NCBI RefSeq assembly: GCF_006345805.1
Contig: NC_042998.1
Coordinates: 178,374,001-178,438,000, forward strand
DNA: 64,000 bases
Reading direction: 5' to 3'
From: Octopus sinensis
Lineage: Eukaryota
In this document: positions 39,901 through 54,100 of the stretch, one piece after another
How the letters are laid out: each line of letters starts with the position of its first letter
Numbering within the stretch: position 1 is the first letter of the stretch
Made by a program: the position numbers and the translations under genes
The notes under the pieces: generated by a model
The model's input: the letters and a program-made list of their open reading frames with translations, nothing else
The model's database searches: none
Told to the model about the DNA's origin: nothing

Positions 39901-42900
39901 CCATATTACGTGGGAAGGGAAGAATGTTCAAAATTGCAATAGTAACAAATACTTTAGACAATAAAAAGAATTATTTTAAAGTTTCATAATTGAATGACAA
40001 ATCTACGATTTTCTAACTAGAAAAATGGCAGACTATAAGAACAATTTCTTTGAATAGAATTTTTTTTTTCTGTAGTTTCAGCTCAGAGCTGTGGCCATGC
40101 TGATGAACCACCATTTATTTGTTGTTTTTTTCTTTTTGTCTTTAGTTTATTTTAAAGAAAAGAGAATAATGATTCCATTAGTGTCAGTATCGACTGATAT
40201 ACTGATTTTAAAGGGAGGGAAAATAATGTTAACTTCCATACCTCACTACAGAACAGTATATTTATTAAACTAGTTACCAGAAACTTCAACAGTCCAGTCT
40301 AAGACTTTTCCAACAACTTCATAATAGAGATAATTTCTTTCTAGGACATAGATAGAAACCTTTATTTTAAAGTGGGGAAGAAGGGATATAATAAATTCAT
40401 TTGTGACTTCACACCACTTCAGTATATTGCCAAGTATCTACTTTCTCTAATGTCATGGAATGAAATTCAGAAATAGTTGACACTAAAGATATTTGAAAAT
40501 TAGAATTGTGAGGGACCAAACCAGATAAAATATATGAAAACTTAGCTGGAAAAAAAAACAAATGACAAAACAATATACTAGTTGATCAGCTGTGGAGCCA
40601 GATATATACTCAAGTTGCAGATTATCTGAATAATAAAAAGACTGTGTTCACTACTATAGATATTAGAAGTTTAAATCAACAATCAAGTTACAGTTTTTCC
40701 TGCAGCATATTCAGTATCTTTTAAAGACATGTATAGTATTGGTGCAATGACAAGAGTAGAGATTTTAAAAAAATAGTTCCATGGTTCCTTGTGATTCAGC
40801 AAACTATGAACTTAGGGATACTACAACATGGTCAAATTTACATGACTAGCCCTAACATAAAGTAAAAAAATTAACTTCTAAAAGTTCTGAACTAAGCAAC
40901 TCGGAAGATATATTACACGGACAGAGCTGTCATAAAGAGAAAAAAAAATTGAGAAAGAGCTGTCTAGCAGACAGAAGACAGAATAGATGAGGTAGGGACC
41001 CATGCTGTTTGAAACTGTACTGGTTGATGTTTATCACTTACCTACAAGATTGTAGAAAAGGCTAGTACCTGGCTCTGCAAAGCATCTAGTTATACATACT
41101 ATGGAAATTATATCAATATCTATAGAGCTGCTACAGTAAAAGTTTTTGGTTGATTCACCTGCATAATCTTATATACATTGAGAAACAACACCATTTAAGA
41201 TATTTTATTATCATTATTAATTACAAAATTTTTAGTCAATAAAACTTACAAAGGTAAATGGACAACAGCAATAAAAATGAGCAAAAAGTTTTCAACAAAT
41301 AGATTTTTTATCTTCAGTAAGTAAATTGTTTCTTTTTCAAAATTTGCTCCTAAATTAGATTGATCAGAGCAACTGAAATGTGACAAAAGAGGTGGTTTTG
41401 AGATACAGAAGTTACACAAGATTAGGGGGAGTAGTAAGGTAATTAATAATTGAAGGGCCTTCTATTATGACAGAAAATGAACCAACATCAGGAAATATTC
41501 ACTAAATGTCTTTTGAAAAGGCAGTATGGAAACATGTTTCTAGACCAACAACAGCCAGTTAATTCTAAAATACATCTGACAAATGTTTCCAAAATCCACT
41601 TCTGAATAGTGTTCATTAAAAAAATCTTTAAAAATTTCAATATAATTAATGATTAAAAACAACACAAACAAACTATCAATTGTCCTCTAAGCAAGTAGTG
41701 AATAAGTAAGAGAAGTTTAACTAATGAACTACTATTCCTAACCTAAATCATAACAGTCACCAACAAACAGCAAGAAGCAAATATGAGTAATTCAGCATGA
41801 TTTAGTCCATGCCACTTCACTTAAGAAATTAAAAGCTAAAACATTAATAACCAAGTACTAGAGTGGCAAAACTGGATACTTCTATGAATCAGACAAAATT
41901 CTTAATTCGTGCTATTCCAAAGTAATTTCCATATTTGGACAACCTTTCTTTTTAAATGCAATTCATAACTTCAATAATTTTCACCCATCTTTGCTGTATA
42001 ATAGAAAGTCTAATAACATAGAGCTCAGGAAGTTTATGTATTACTTCTTTTACAAATATTTACTAATAACAGTAGACAAACTGAAGAAAATGTTGACTTA
42101 AACTGATACTGGGATGACATACACAAATGAAACAGTGGATTAACTCTTCATAACATGACTAATCCACTATTAATTAATAGCAAAAATTTTAATGTAATTA
42201 ATATTAGATAATATGAGCAATAACTAAGAATAGAAGAAAAAGTTTATAATCTAATCTGATAAGAGGAAATGATAGGCAGACTGTTGTGCAATCTATAATG
42301 AGTTGTCATATGAATAATAGAAACATGGTTGTTCAAGTGATATCAGTGAATATATTGGTCTCTGCTTCCAAATTGTGCTTATAATTTTTTTTATTCTTTT
42401 ACTGGATTGGGACATTTCCCTTTGAGAGTTTTTGTCAATTATACCAACCTAGTACTTGGTTTGGTACCATTTTAATGATTTCATAAGAGATGAGAAGAGA
42501 AATTACCTTTGATGTAAAGAAGGCAATAACTTAATTCAAACAAATATCACAAGGTTTTAACTGTTAACCAACCTGATTTTTGTTCACTTACTGCCCCACC
42601 AACACTCCCATACATAGTCTCCTATATGTTTTTTTTTTAAAGTTTTCCCAAGATTCTGTATAGTGAACTTCTTAACCACACAACCATATCTACAACCCCT
42701 ATAATGTTTAGTATCATGAAGAATATGGCTTCAGTAGATTTACAACTTTTCTGAATAAAAAAAAAAAAAACAATTTTCAAAGTGTGGACAAACAGGTAAA
42801 GGATAAGCAGTTTAATAAGTGGAAAATATTTTAAATAAGACTTAAGGATCACATTGTTTATAATGGTTTTGTTATATTTATAGTGTTCTAAACAAGTGTT

Positions 42901-45900
42901 CTACTCTATTATTAATATATATATACATACTCAGTATGTAAGATGATATTTCTATCTTGGATCAATCTTTTGGTGTGCTACTTAGATAATGCTAGGGAAT
43001 TTCAATACACAGTTAAAAACACATGTCTGAAGTTATGAACTCAATTACTTTCAACAGGGGACTTTCATAATTTACGGGTCTCTGAAAATGTATGCCAAGT
43101 ATACCTAATTCCTAATGCATTCTTGTCCCAAAACATAATAAGCTTATTTGACCACTGCTCTGAAAATCATAAAAGGAGTAAAAACTAATTACAAAGTAGG
43201 CACAATCGTTATGATTAGAACCTAACCTTATGTTAGTTGTTTGTTGTTTGGGGATTTTGAAAGAAAATAACTCAGAAAATAGCAAGTGATGGAACAAAGA
43301 CAGTACTGAGAGAAAAGAAAACCTTTACTTGCTTATTTAACAAGTGTGGTTATGATTAAGAATAAGGTATGGAAAAATTAAATAGCTTAAAATAAAAACT
43401 TGCTCATTTAAAAACATACAGGATCGGTAATATGTAAAGTAACTAGCTATAAAAAAAGAACTCAATAACAAAAGAGAACTACTCACCTAATTTGTAGAAT
43501 TATAGGAAACTGATAGTGATGGTATTGTAGAGAGGGTTTAAGCAAACATTGAACTAGCAAACAATCATTTAATGTTTTACAATAAAATGAACTTTGAAAT
43601 ATCAGCTCAATACATTTCCATATGCACCAATTCATAATTTCAAAAAAGCATGAGAATGACAATAACATTCAAAAGTCTTTTTAAACGAAATTAGAATATT
43701 AAAGTTTAAAAAATACGCATGTATCCAATATAAATATATTTTGTAAGCAATAAAGGCAATTTATTATAAAAAGGCATAAAAATGAAACTAACAGCAAAAA
43801 CCTACACCAAGGTATATCTACAAGAGGCACTAGTTACATACAATAGTTAAAAAGGTAGAAAATACTAGACTGATAAAAGCCATTTTCAAGGGAAGAATTT
43901 GTGCAAGGTAGTGTGTGTTATGGATGTGCAAGATATTCTGAGCCGAAAGGGCTGTATCTATAGCCTTTGCAGGCCATCCTAAACAGAATACTTTTTGTAA
44001 GATTATTGTGACGTGACTGAGGATGAATTTGAATTGTAATAGCTGGAAGAAGTTACAGACAAGAAGGAAAATCCAAAGAAATGTAGTAATGAGGGGAAGG
44101 GGCTGAGCTAAGTATTTCATACAGGATTTAAGAAGAGATTGTGCAGGAGTGAAGGGAAGAGGTGATTGTAATGAGTTGTTTTAAGGGAGATAATTGACAG
44201 AGTCAACAGATTCCTGCAGATCAGAAACAAGGGTAGAATACAGTGCCTAAATGTACCAGTATTGCATGATTATGAATGGTTTTATTTTACATATAGAAAT
44301 TGACCATTTGTTAATTACTACGGAGTTAGTTACTTGAATTCAGCCCAGAAAAAAATATCCAGTTGATATATGCATGATTTTTTTTTGATTTTTTGAAAGC
44401 AACATGCAAGTTAAGAGTAATTTTAACTGCAACATTAACAAGAATTACAAACACATTAAATATAGTCAGACTTAAATAAAGTTACTACCAATAGCATCAA
44501 TTATTCACAATTAACTGAAACTATAGTCATAACTGTTTTCAAAATTTAAACTCCTGGGCAATTAATCATAAACTCAACCATTCACATCAAACAACATGAC
44601 ATAATATGTATTGTGTACTTATTAAGTTTTGTCTGAGGGAAATATCAGGTTTTCAGGTATCTCTCTCCACCTGTCATTACTTGTCTGCTTCTTAGCACAA
44701 TGGCCATCACTAACTTTGCAGATCCTCTCCCAAAAAGACAGAATCATGGTACATTTAGTCAATTGAACTATTTTCTGGTTATAGCTTTGTTCACTAATTG
44801 ATGACATCCAACATTAAGCAGGAGGTAGAATATTGCTGTTATAATATTTGTGCTTAGTATACTATTTTATATCACACCACAAGTTCATAGTGGATCTACC
44901 TCTTTCACAAAAATGGAGTTGGTACCACTAATCTGTCAGATGTGTGCTTCAGAACATAAACAGCTCTTGGCTTCTCTATAATCATATATTGTGGATTTCA
45001 CTTGGACAAATTTAGCCATTACCTATGTAATGTTCTCTATGTGTTATGAAACGTGCAAGCATAATTTTCATTCAACACGTATCATTATATTTGGTCATGC
45101 CTTGGTAATAACATGAAATTTTCTCAGACAGCAGTTCAAATGTTCCACATAAATTGGAGACAAGTAGTATTGCAGAAAATAGGTGATAAGGAAAAATCAA
45201 TTGAGAAGTGGGCCAGGTGAGACATGGTTCATCATCAAATGGGCTGCACTACTAAAAAAATTCAAGATAATTTTTTTGTTGGGTGTGCTATTCAGAAAGT
45301 CTCACAGGCCACAATTATTCTCATGACTGATCTATTCTTAAAGTCTAAAGTATCTATAGCCAGAATAAAACGTTCCTGCAGCTAAAGAAAGCCAGCTGGT
45401 CAAAATAAAGAACTGCTTCATAATTTTCTAGTATTCTACGTAAGTGTAATCAATAATTTCACTTGCTTATGGTGTGTGTGTGTGTGTATAATCACTGACA
45501 TAACAAGGAGATATTTTTGGCACCTGCACCTTAAGAATAGGTATAACATATCAGAGGAAATGATTCACACCTCTCCCAGGAGCAACTGACTTCCCTCGCC
45601 AGGCCATTGATAGTACACTGATTGACTGAGCGGACAAATGACTGAGCAGACACGTCCTTCTTTCTTTAAGGTGCACAAACAGTAATATTATAATCTTTAG
45701 CAGAATCATATTAAGTTACATTATCTCAGATAGTCAACTAAATGCAAGGATTTGAACTAGTTGTGGAAATTTCTATGATGACTAATATTAAAAGTATCTT
45801 AAAGGACAATGTTTTTCTTTGAAATCTACCACGCACTTTCTAATATCATTTTACATATGTGGTATATCAGATGACATTAACTCAAATTTCAATACAATTC

Positions 45901-48900
45901 CTTGAGACTAATAAACTTTCTATATGTACACTTCTTTCTACTTAGGTAACACTTCAGATTCACATCATTTGTAAATTTAACTTTCCAGCTTGTCATTTTC
46001 CCTTCTATGTCTTTTACTGTTTCAATTCAAGCCTGCACTTTTAGTGATTCATGACCTAAAATCCAAATACCAGCTTAAAATAAGATATTGTGATTGAGAG
46101 GATTTCAGAAATTAAAATTAGAACCTAAGATAAAAAAAAAGAAGTTTAAAAAGAGGATACTAGTTTAACAAAATAACAAAGAGAAATAGGTACAAAGTGT
46201 TACCAGCAATTAAAGGAAAGTTGAAAGTTGCAGCATTAGATACTATGAAGGACCTTCTATTGTTGACTTCTGTCTTGATGTCCTTTTTTTTTTAAGTAAT
46301 AACAAAAAAATGGAAGGCTACAAAAACCTTAGAAATAGATATCTGGTATCACAACAAATCTAATTACCCTTTTATTATCCTTAGACAAGAAGAATATGAA
46401 CTAAATGAAAAAATAAATTCAAGCTATGGATTTATCTTACAGTTAATAATAAAATAGAAAAAAAAATAGAATTATAGATAAGAAGGTTTCCCAAAGTAAC
46501 TTCAGAGAAGGAATGATAAAGTTTGGTTCATTCTATGGCTTTTTGACATTTTAATATAGAAATAATGATTGACTGGTAAGATGGTAATAGATGAATTTCA
46601 GTTAGTAAATGGGATGAAATGGAAGAATTATTGGATGTAATTGCTACAGTAATAGAAACAGAATAACCACAAAGTAAAGAAGTCTAGAGTTGCAATTCTG
46701 AAAATGATCTAACTAGTGCAGTGTACAAAATTTTATTGATATAGTAATTGCAAAACAAAGAAGCTACAGTAATAATTAGCAAAAGAGAAATCTCTTTACT
46801 GTATAAAAGTCTTCAAGACCCAGTATAGTATCAAATGTACCTTTTTATTTCAAGCTTCAATGCAAAGAAAAGAAAAAGTTTAGTACAAATCCCAATAGAT
46901 ATATTGAGAGAAGAACAAAGATAGATCCAATTTGTTGATCTTCATTCAAATTACATCAGATGATCTTTATTCAAATCATACCAGCATGAATTAGTCTAGA
47001 CAATAGCTGCATGAAGCAAGAATCAAGTCAGCTAAACTGATTTGTAGACAGAAATAAATCATGCCTACAATGATGTATTACTCATCTCTTATAAAGGAAT
47101 TTTAGGTGATGAACAAGAGTTTTTTGGAAAACAAACCTGATTTCATTGATGAAACTTTGATAATGGAAGGGTACAATGAGACTCATAATTAGGCTGGCCT
47201 AACATAAAAATAAATTGAAAGTTGGTAAAATCTAAATTTCATGGGGTTATCAAAAGTTTCTTTTTTCTTTTACTTTTTCTGGGGTTTTTTTCCAGATGGA
47301 TTTATGAAAGGAACTGGAAATTAAAGGAATGACAGATATAAAGGACCAAATAGTTATAGGAAGAGTAAACATTAGATAGAAACTACAGTAGAGGTGATAT
47401 AAAGAATTCTTGATTAAATGCCATGATACTCAGATGTAGATGAGTGTTAATCAAAATGTAGATGCTGAGCAGATAGACACCACCCACTTATTTATATCAA
47501 ATGAATCTTTTTCTTTCCTTTCTTAAATTATTATAAACACAGGTAGGTACATAGTTTAATTAAATGCTTATTATAATCTCAATTTAAATCTCTTGTTAAT
47601 CAAATTAATAGCTTTACAACAATTTGAAATAATGACGTAAACATATTCTCAACAAATGTAGACACTAACATAACAGTTTGTTTCTTAAACAACACTTTTA
47701 AATTTACTAAATATTTTCAAAATTTTAGATTTACAAATTACAAGATTTGAATATAATAAAAATATCAAAGCTTGTGTGTTGCAGCAACTATTTAAAAGGG
47801 TGTTGTATAAAAGTTTTGCATAAATAAATAACTCAAATCACTAATTACCAAGTTTCAAAGTTGAATTTTAAAATTAGGGTTTTTAATATTTATTCAGATT
47901 TATTTACAAATTTAATCAATATACATGACTTAATGCAATTCAGTAAAATACTAAATGAAAATATATAGAAGATAATATATAAATCGATAACATTTAATTG
48001 AAAATAGATATTTTTTTGTAAATTTTTAAGGGGTTTCAAATAAGGGGTTTCAACTCATTAAAAGTTGTTATAAATGTTTCTATGAAGTTTATTGTTATTA
48101 ATGAAGAGTTTACAGGATTGATAGCCTAATATTTAAATCAGTTTATACTACAATTCAAAAGAAAGGAATCTACAAATGTTAGTAACAGACTACAGGGTAG
48201 TAGAATTTATTTATCTTGCAACATTTATTTTAAAGTTATAATGTTTTATAGAATATAACAATAAATTACTAGCCAACATTATTTATACAAATGTAAACGT
48301 ATTTTGCCTATTTTCAATCCTGCATTGGAATTTCATCAGTGACTGAGTATTCTCCTTAACTGTCCACTTTTTACAAACCCACTATTACTAAGGGGATCTT
48401 AAATTAGACAGACTAATTTGCATGTGTAATAGATTCTTGGTAGTTAGTTTAATTAATAGATTACTAGTGTGTTAACAGTATTTTGTTTTGATGCCATACA
48501 GTACTACAGAATATACCTATAAATTGTAGCCAACACTATGTATGTAGATAGATATAAAAACACTGTCTTTATACATAATATTTTCATGTACAGAAGTAAG
48601 CCCTTAATGGGTTTATAAAGCAGTGATTCGGTCAATAGTTAAAGACAGTACTTAATTGCTGATCAAATCCCAAAACAAAATTGACTGGTCCCTCTTTTAC
48701 TGTCCATGAAAATATTGTGTATAAATACAGTGTTTCCAACTATCAATACATATAATATCAGTTAAAAGTTTATAGTTATATTCTATAGTCATGACAACTT
48801 GAAGAAGATACTCTATATTATAGTATGGCATTGAAACAAAACACTGTCAAACACTAATAAATTATCTTAAAGTACAAATTGCACTAAGTATACTCCTAAA

Positions 48901-50703
48901 TAGCTGGTTGTTCTAGGATAAAGTGTGCAAAGAGGAAGAGAATAAAACTGGCACAAAGTACAGGTGTTTGGTGTGTAAGTGCAGTATAAGTGGTTGTAAT
49001 ATTACAGGTGCATCACAATAATATCAAGGGTGGTTTGATAAAAGTGAAATTCTTTCAACAAAGCATAGAAAGACACAAGTTTGTTTTGACACATTTAAAA
49101 CAGAGGAGAGGTTTTATAGATACCAAACATTTTAAATTAGTTCTAGCTTTGGTATCATACTTTTGCAAGATTTATTACATATTTCATAATTATTCTATGA
49201 AAATATTCTATTGTAAACTTTCTGTAGAAAATTATTTTCCAATGAGAGCTGTGTCTTCCATTTGAATGAAATGTAGAGTACAACTGAGTGTAATATGGAA
49301 CATCCTGTAGACATGGAATAGCAGAAATACTTCCAGATATGAATATATTTTCTGAGTTAAATAACAAAACGTTAACACTCAGAAAGTAAACAAATTGGCA
49401 GGAGTACTATAAAGTGTTATAATTGTTTTGAGACAATATTTATTAAAGCCATCTTAAAATTAAGTTTTTCCCTTAGTAACTGTCAACAGAATGGTTATAT
49501 TGATACACTGTTCAAAAGAAGTTTCATGGCTTTCAGGTAATACAGTAAACTCCTTTAATCCTTGAAGCTTCTTTCACTAAGTTGTTTTGATTTTCATAAG
49601 GGTCAGAGGAACTTAGATATTGTGCTCTTACTAAAATTCTAAATTATAGTTCGAACAAAGGAGAAAAATAATTAATTTTTTTATAAATAATTAACTTATC
49701 GTTTTTTATACTTGTATTTACATTTAGTTAATAACTCATCATCAAATGTTAGTAAAACCAATGGTACATGAATACTTAAGTATGAGCTAAATAAAGGGCA
49801 AGTCCTCTAATTTTCGTATAATAGAAACAAACAGTGGGTTATTAAGAAAATATTTGGCCAAAAATACTATCCAATATGGTTAGTTGGCTGATAAACAAAC
49901 TATAAATCTTTATTTATGCTCCCTGGTGAATGAAACCATTAACTAACTATTTCAGCTTCATTAATTATTAAATTCAACCTATTGAAATTATATGCTTATT
50001 GCAGTATCATCAGCCACACCCATTCAGCTCTGTACTTTAGTTTTTATTTATTTTACATAGCTACTTGATTTTAATTAATGAATAAGAATGGAAAGAAATA
50101 TGTGTTTATATGTGTGTGTATATTTGTAGAGTGTGCATGAAAGGAGAACAACAACACAATAACAACAATGGCAATGGATGACAACAAATATACAGCAACA
50201 CCACTATTAGCAGCAGCAGCAGTAGTAGTAGTAATAGTAGTAGTAGTAGACCGAGAGATCAAATACTGACCTGTTTGCTCACCCCAGATAAACGGTGCAC
50301 AGGCAAGCACATCCCAGCAAATGATTGCATAAGACACTAAGAAAATATTTTTTCATTAGACTTCAATTAACTTAATGAAATTAAAGAGAGAGAGAGAAAG
50401 AGAGAGAGTGCATTTCTATTGATTTGTGTGGATATCATTTAAAAAATTCAAATACATAATAAGAGAGGTTGAGATAGAAAAGAAAATTAAATCAACTTGC
50501 CACCGATATTGCTCCACAGTAAATCATTATTTTCAAAGATTATATGTGTACACAAACATAATTTATTACAGTGGTATTAATATATATATAGGAAAGACTG
50601 ACACAATAGAAAGACATTAAAAAAGTGTATGTGCGAGTGTGTACGCATATATCTATATCTATATATATAGATATATATATACATACATACATCTATATAT
50701 GTA

Positions 50704-50745
<42 letters not shown>

Positions 50746-50821
50746 CAGACATCTATATATGTGTATATATATATATATATACATACATATATATATATAT
50801 ATACATACATCTATATATGTA

Positions 50822-50857
<36 letters not shown>

Positions 50858-50873
50858 CATACATCTATATATG

Positions 50874-50932
<59 letters not shown>

Positions 50933-51143
50933 GCATATACATATGTATGTATGTATAGATATATATATGTGTATATATATGTATAAATGTATAAATGTAT
51001 AGATATATATATGTGTGTGTGTATATATATGTATGTATATATATTATATAAAAGGGCTTAGTAAAATAAATTACTTTGCCGCATATATATATGTATGTAT
51101 ATATATATATATATATATATAGGTAATAAGATACATATGTAGG

Positions 51144-51196
<53 letters not shown>

Positions 51197-54100
51197 AAAT
51201 AAATAACAAGGTTAGAAGCAATGAAGGAATTGTTCCTTAGTTTATTTATTATACAGGAACAAAAAGTTGTCAAAATTCCAAGGAAATATAATGGAATAAA
51301 ATTTTTAAAAATAAAGTAGAATATTTGCATTATTTTTCTTCTAATACTTAACAATGTTTGTGCTTCACTAAATATTCTGCTTTATTCTGTATTTATTCTA
51401 TTTTATTCCATGCCATTTCCCTGAAAATCTGAAGACATTCTGTACTGGTACATAAATAAACTAAGGAACAAATCCTTCATTTCTTCTAACCTTTTTATTA
51501 TCACAAGCATACTATTCTGTATGCTACCAAAAACGTTTTATTCACACACATATATATATACATATAAACACATATACAGCATACATATATATATATATAT
51601 ATATAGATAGATAGATAGGCAGATAGATATACACACATATATGTATATAAACACACACACACATATAAGTATGTTGATTTTCTTCAAAATGGGGGAAAAA
51701 TTATCATTTAGAAGCAAAGTAAAGTTTCAATGGAAAAATAGTTCTCCATTTCATCGATGATATAGGGCCACTAACTTGTAGGAAAGAGGTATGCTACAAG
51801 ACAGGTAAACCTGTTGGGATGAAGAGCAAAGTCAATCCCAGTAAGATATCTGAAACCTGAATGTAGGAAGGACAAAACCTACTGCTCCTTGGCATTTAAT
51901 CAAGTAATTTACCTTTTCTTTTAACTCACTGCATTCAAGATAAATAACTAGGATAAAAATGAGAAGTTTTAGAAAATTAAGAATAGAAAGAATATTAGTA
52001 AGGCAAAGAGAAAACTTTGAAATGTTTCACTAATGACTTTTTTGATATAGCCTTTTTTTTCCTACCTTTTCTTTTCTTTTTTTTTTTAAATGAAGAGAAT
52101 GTAGACTTAATGAGAATGCTGAAGTACTGATATCATATACAAAATAGTCCATTGGGCTTAACAATGAATTTTAAAGAAAGCTATTTTAAGAAACAAAATC
52201 CATTATGAAAATATATCAAGAAATGTAGTAAAGATAAGATGAAAATTTGATGAGGAATTCGGAAAGAAAAATTGTCAAAGGCTACAGATTGCAAGATAGT
52301 AAACAGTGCCATATAAATATAATACACTAACAGACATGCCTCAGAAAATTGCTGTTTATCAACGACACTGTATCTGTTACAAGAGGGATGAATAGAAAAA
52401 TCTCCTAAATGTCAAGCTTCAAGAATGAAATGCCCTTGAAATAGGAAACAATCTAGGATGTAAAAAACAAAGAGAGAGGATGTTGAAGAGATAAAGAAAA
52501 AGAGGAGAAATGTGAATGGCAAAAAATACCAAGAGAAAAAAACTGAGGCTGAAGATTCTAATTTCTTAGTAGAAAAATAAAATAGAGAAAAAATCTTCAA
52601 ACAGTATGAAGAGTTGCTAATTAATTATGCTCATTGTAAAAATTCTTTAAAGTTATTTGTAGTAATTGTTGTAATGCTGCATAGGAAATGCATCACATAG
52701 CAGCAGAATCAAAAATTTCCTTTCTCTTTTCCACCACCCCACACCCTCATAAAAAGGTAAAAAGAAAAAAAACAACAACAGATTTTTATGTTTATTTTTT
52801 TTAAAGTATATAATTGGCTAATTTGGGAGCTTTAGTAAAAAATATAAAAGTATCTTTAAACGAAAGCAAATATTTTACCATGATTGAGACTTACAAACAT
52901 AAGCATCCCACCTGTACCCACCCTGTATATTTTTGGTAGAGTATCTAGGTAAATCATCTAATGTGAGGTCTTCCCTTTTTTAAGACAGTGAAGTGTGATC
53001 TGAGGGAGATCTGACTGCTATTTCTACCAAAGATGAGCAATCAGATAAGGACTTCCTCATTGGCTTGCATCCATCCATCATCTTCTCTACCCTCTATGCA
53101 TGGGAAGGGTCATGGGAGTAGAGTGCTCAGGCCCCTCTTCAATAGGGTCCTATCAGAAGCAACCATCATTATACTTTTCAGCTGGATTCTCAAGCACAAC
53201 CAACAGAGACTAAGGATATTATCCAACCACCTCATTCCTAGTTTACCTCCTAGGTCTCCTCCCAGTTATATTAATGTGATGTGACCATTATTGGAAAGAA
53301 AATTAATTTTCAGTAACTAGTTGGTAAACTCTCAATGTTTCTGCCATATTAAGTTATAAATGGAGAGGAACATGCAAATAATTCCACCGAAAAAGAGTAT
53401 GTAACATATGTGGATGATGTGAGGAACTTGTGGAAGGAGAGAAATAATTGGACAACTAATGTTTGTTGATAGTCTATTTCTCAAAGTAACAATAGATAGT
53501 GTGTTGTAGCTAGTTTTACTTAATAGCTAAAGTAGGAAAAATCAATTAATAGAAAGGAAAAATAGAAAAAATATATGAACAAAGTGATCTCCAAAGCTAG
53601 AGAAAAAGTTTGTTATAAAGAACAAATGAGCTTTTTAATATAAAAACTCAATTTTACTGGATTAAAGAAAATATATGGTAAACAATGTAAAAATTATTGA
53701 ATGGATTTGAAATTGTATTTTTAAGCTGAACTAATGACAGAAAATTCAGGAAAATGGTATCCACTATCATTTTCACATATAATAAAATCAAGAAGGCTAA
53801 CAAATTCTTCAACTTTAAACCTGTTGTTAGTTTCATTGTCAAACCTATCTCAAAAGTCTATAAACCTTTAGAGAAATAACCCTTATAGAGTACTTCTTAA
53901 TTAATTCTTCACATACAAACACTTTCTACACTAAGATTTTCCTATAAAACAGCAATATTCAATATTTTTAAACTTATACCAATCCAGTTATTCTTTCAAA
54001 TGTATATCACACAGACTACTAATTTCATTTTTTTCTTCTTTTTTATAATATTCCATTGATAGTAATTGATTATAACTAGTTCTGACTTATTTTCATCTGA

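Noticed and set aside
45525-45675. tgcaccttaa inverted pair suggesting a tiny MITE
   Set aside because: Only a 10-bp match, with no clear TSD and no second copy.
43880-47300. Patches resembling very old LINE or DNA-transposon coding sequence
   Set aside because: No motif could be read reliably by eye; an HMM search would be needed.
50577-51354. Cluster of 65-125 aa ORFs rich in Y/I
   Set aside because: Translations of (TA)n microsatellite.
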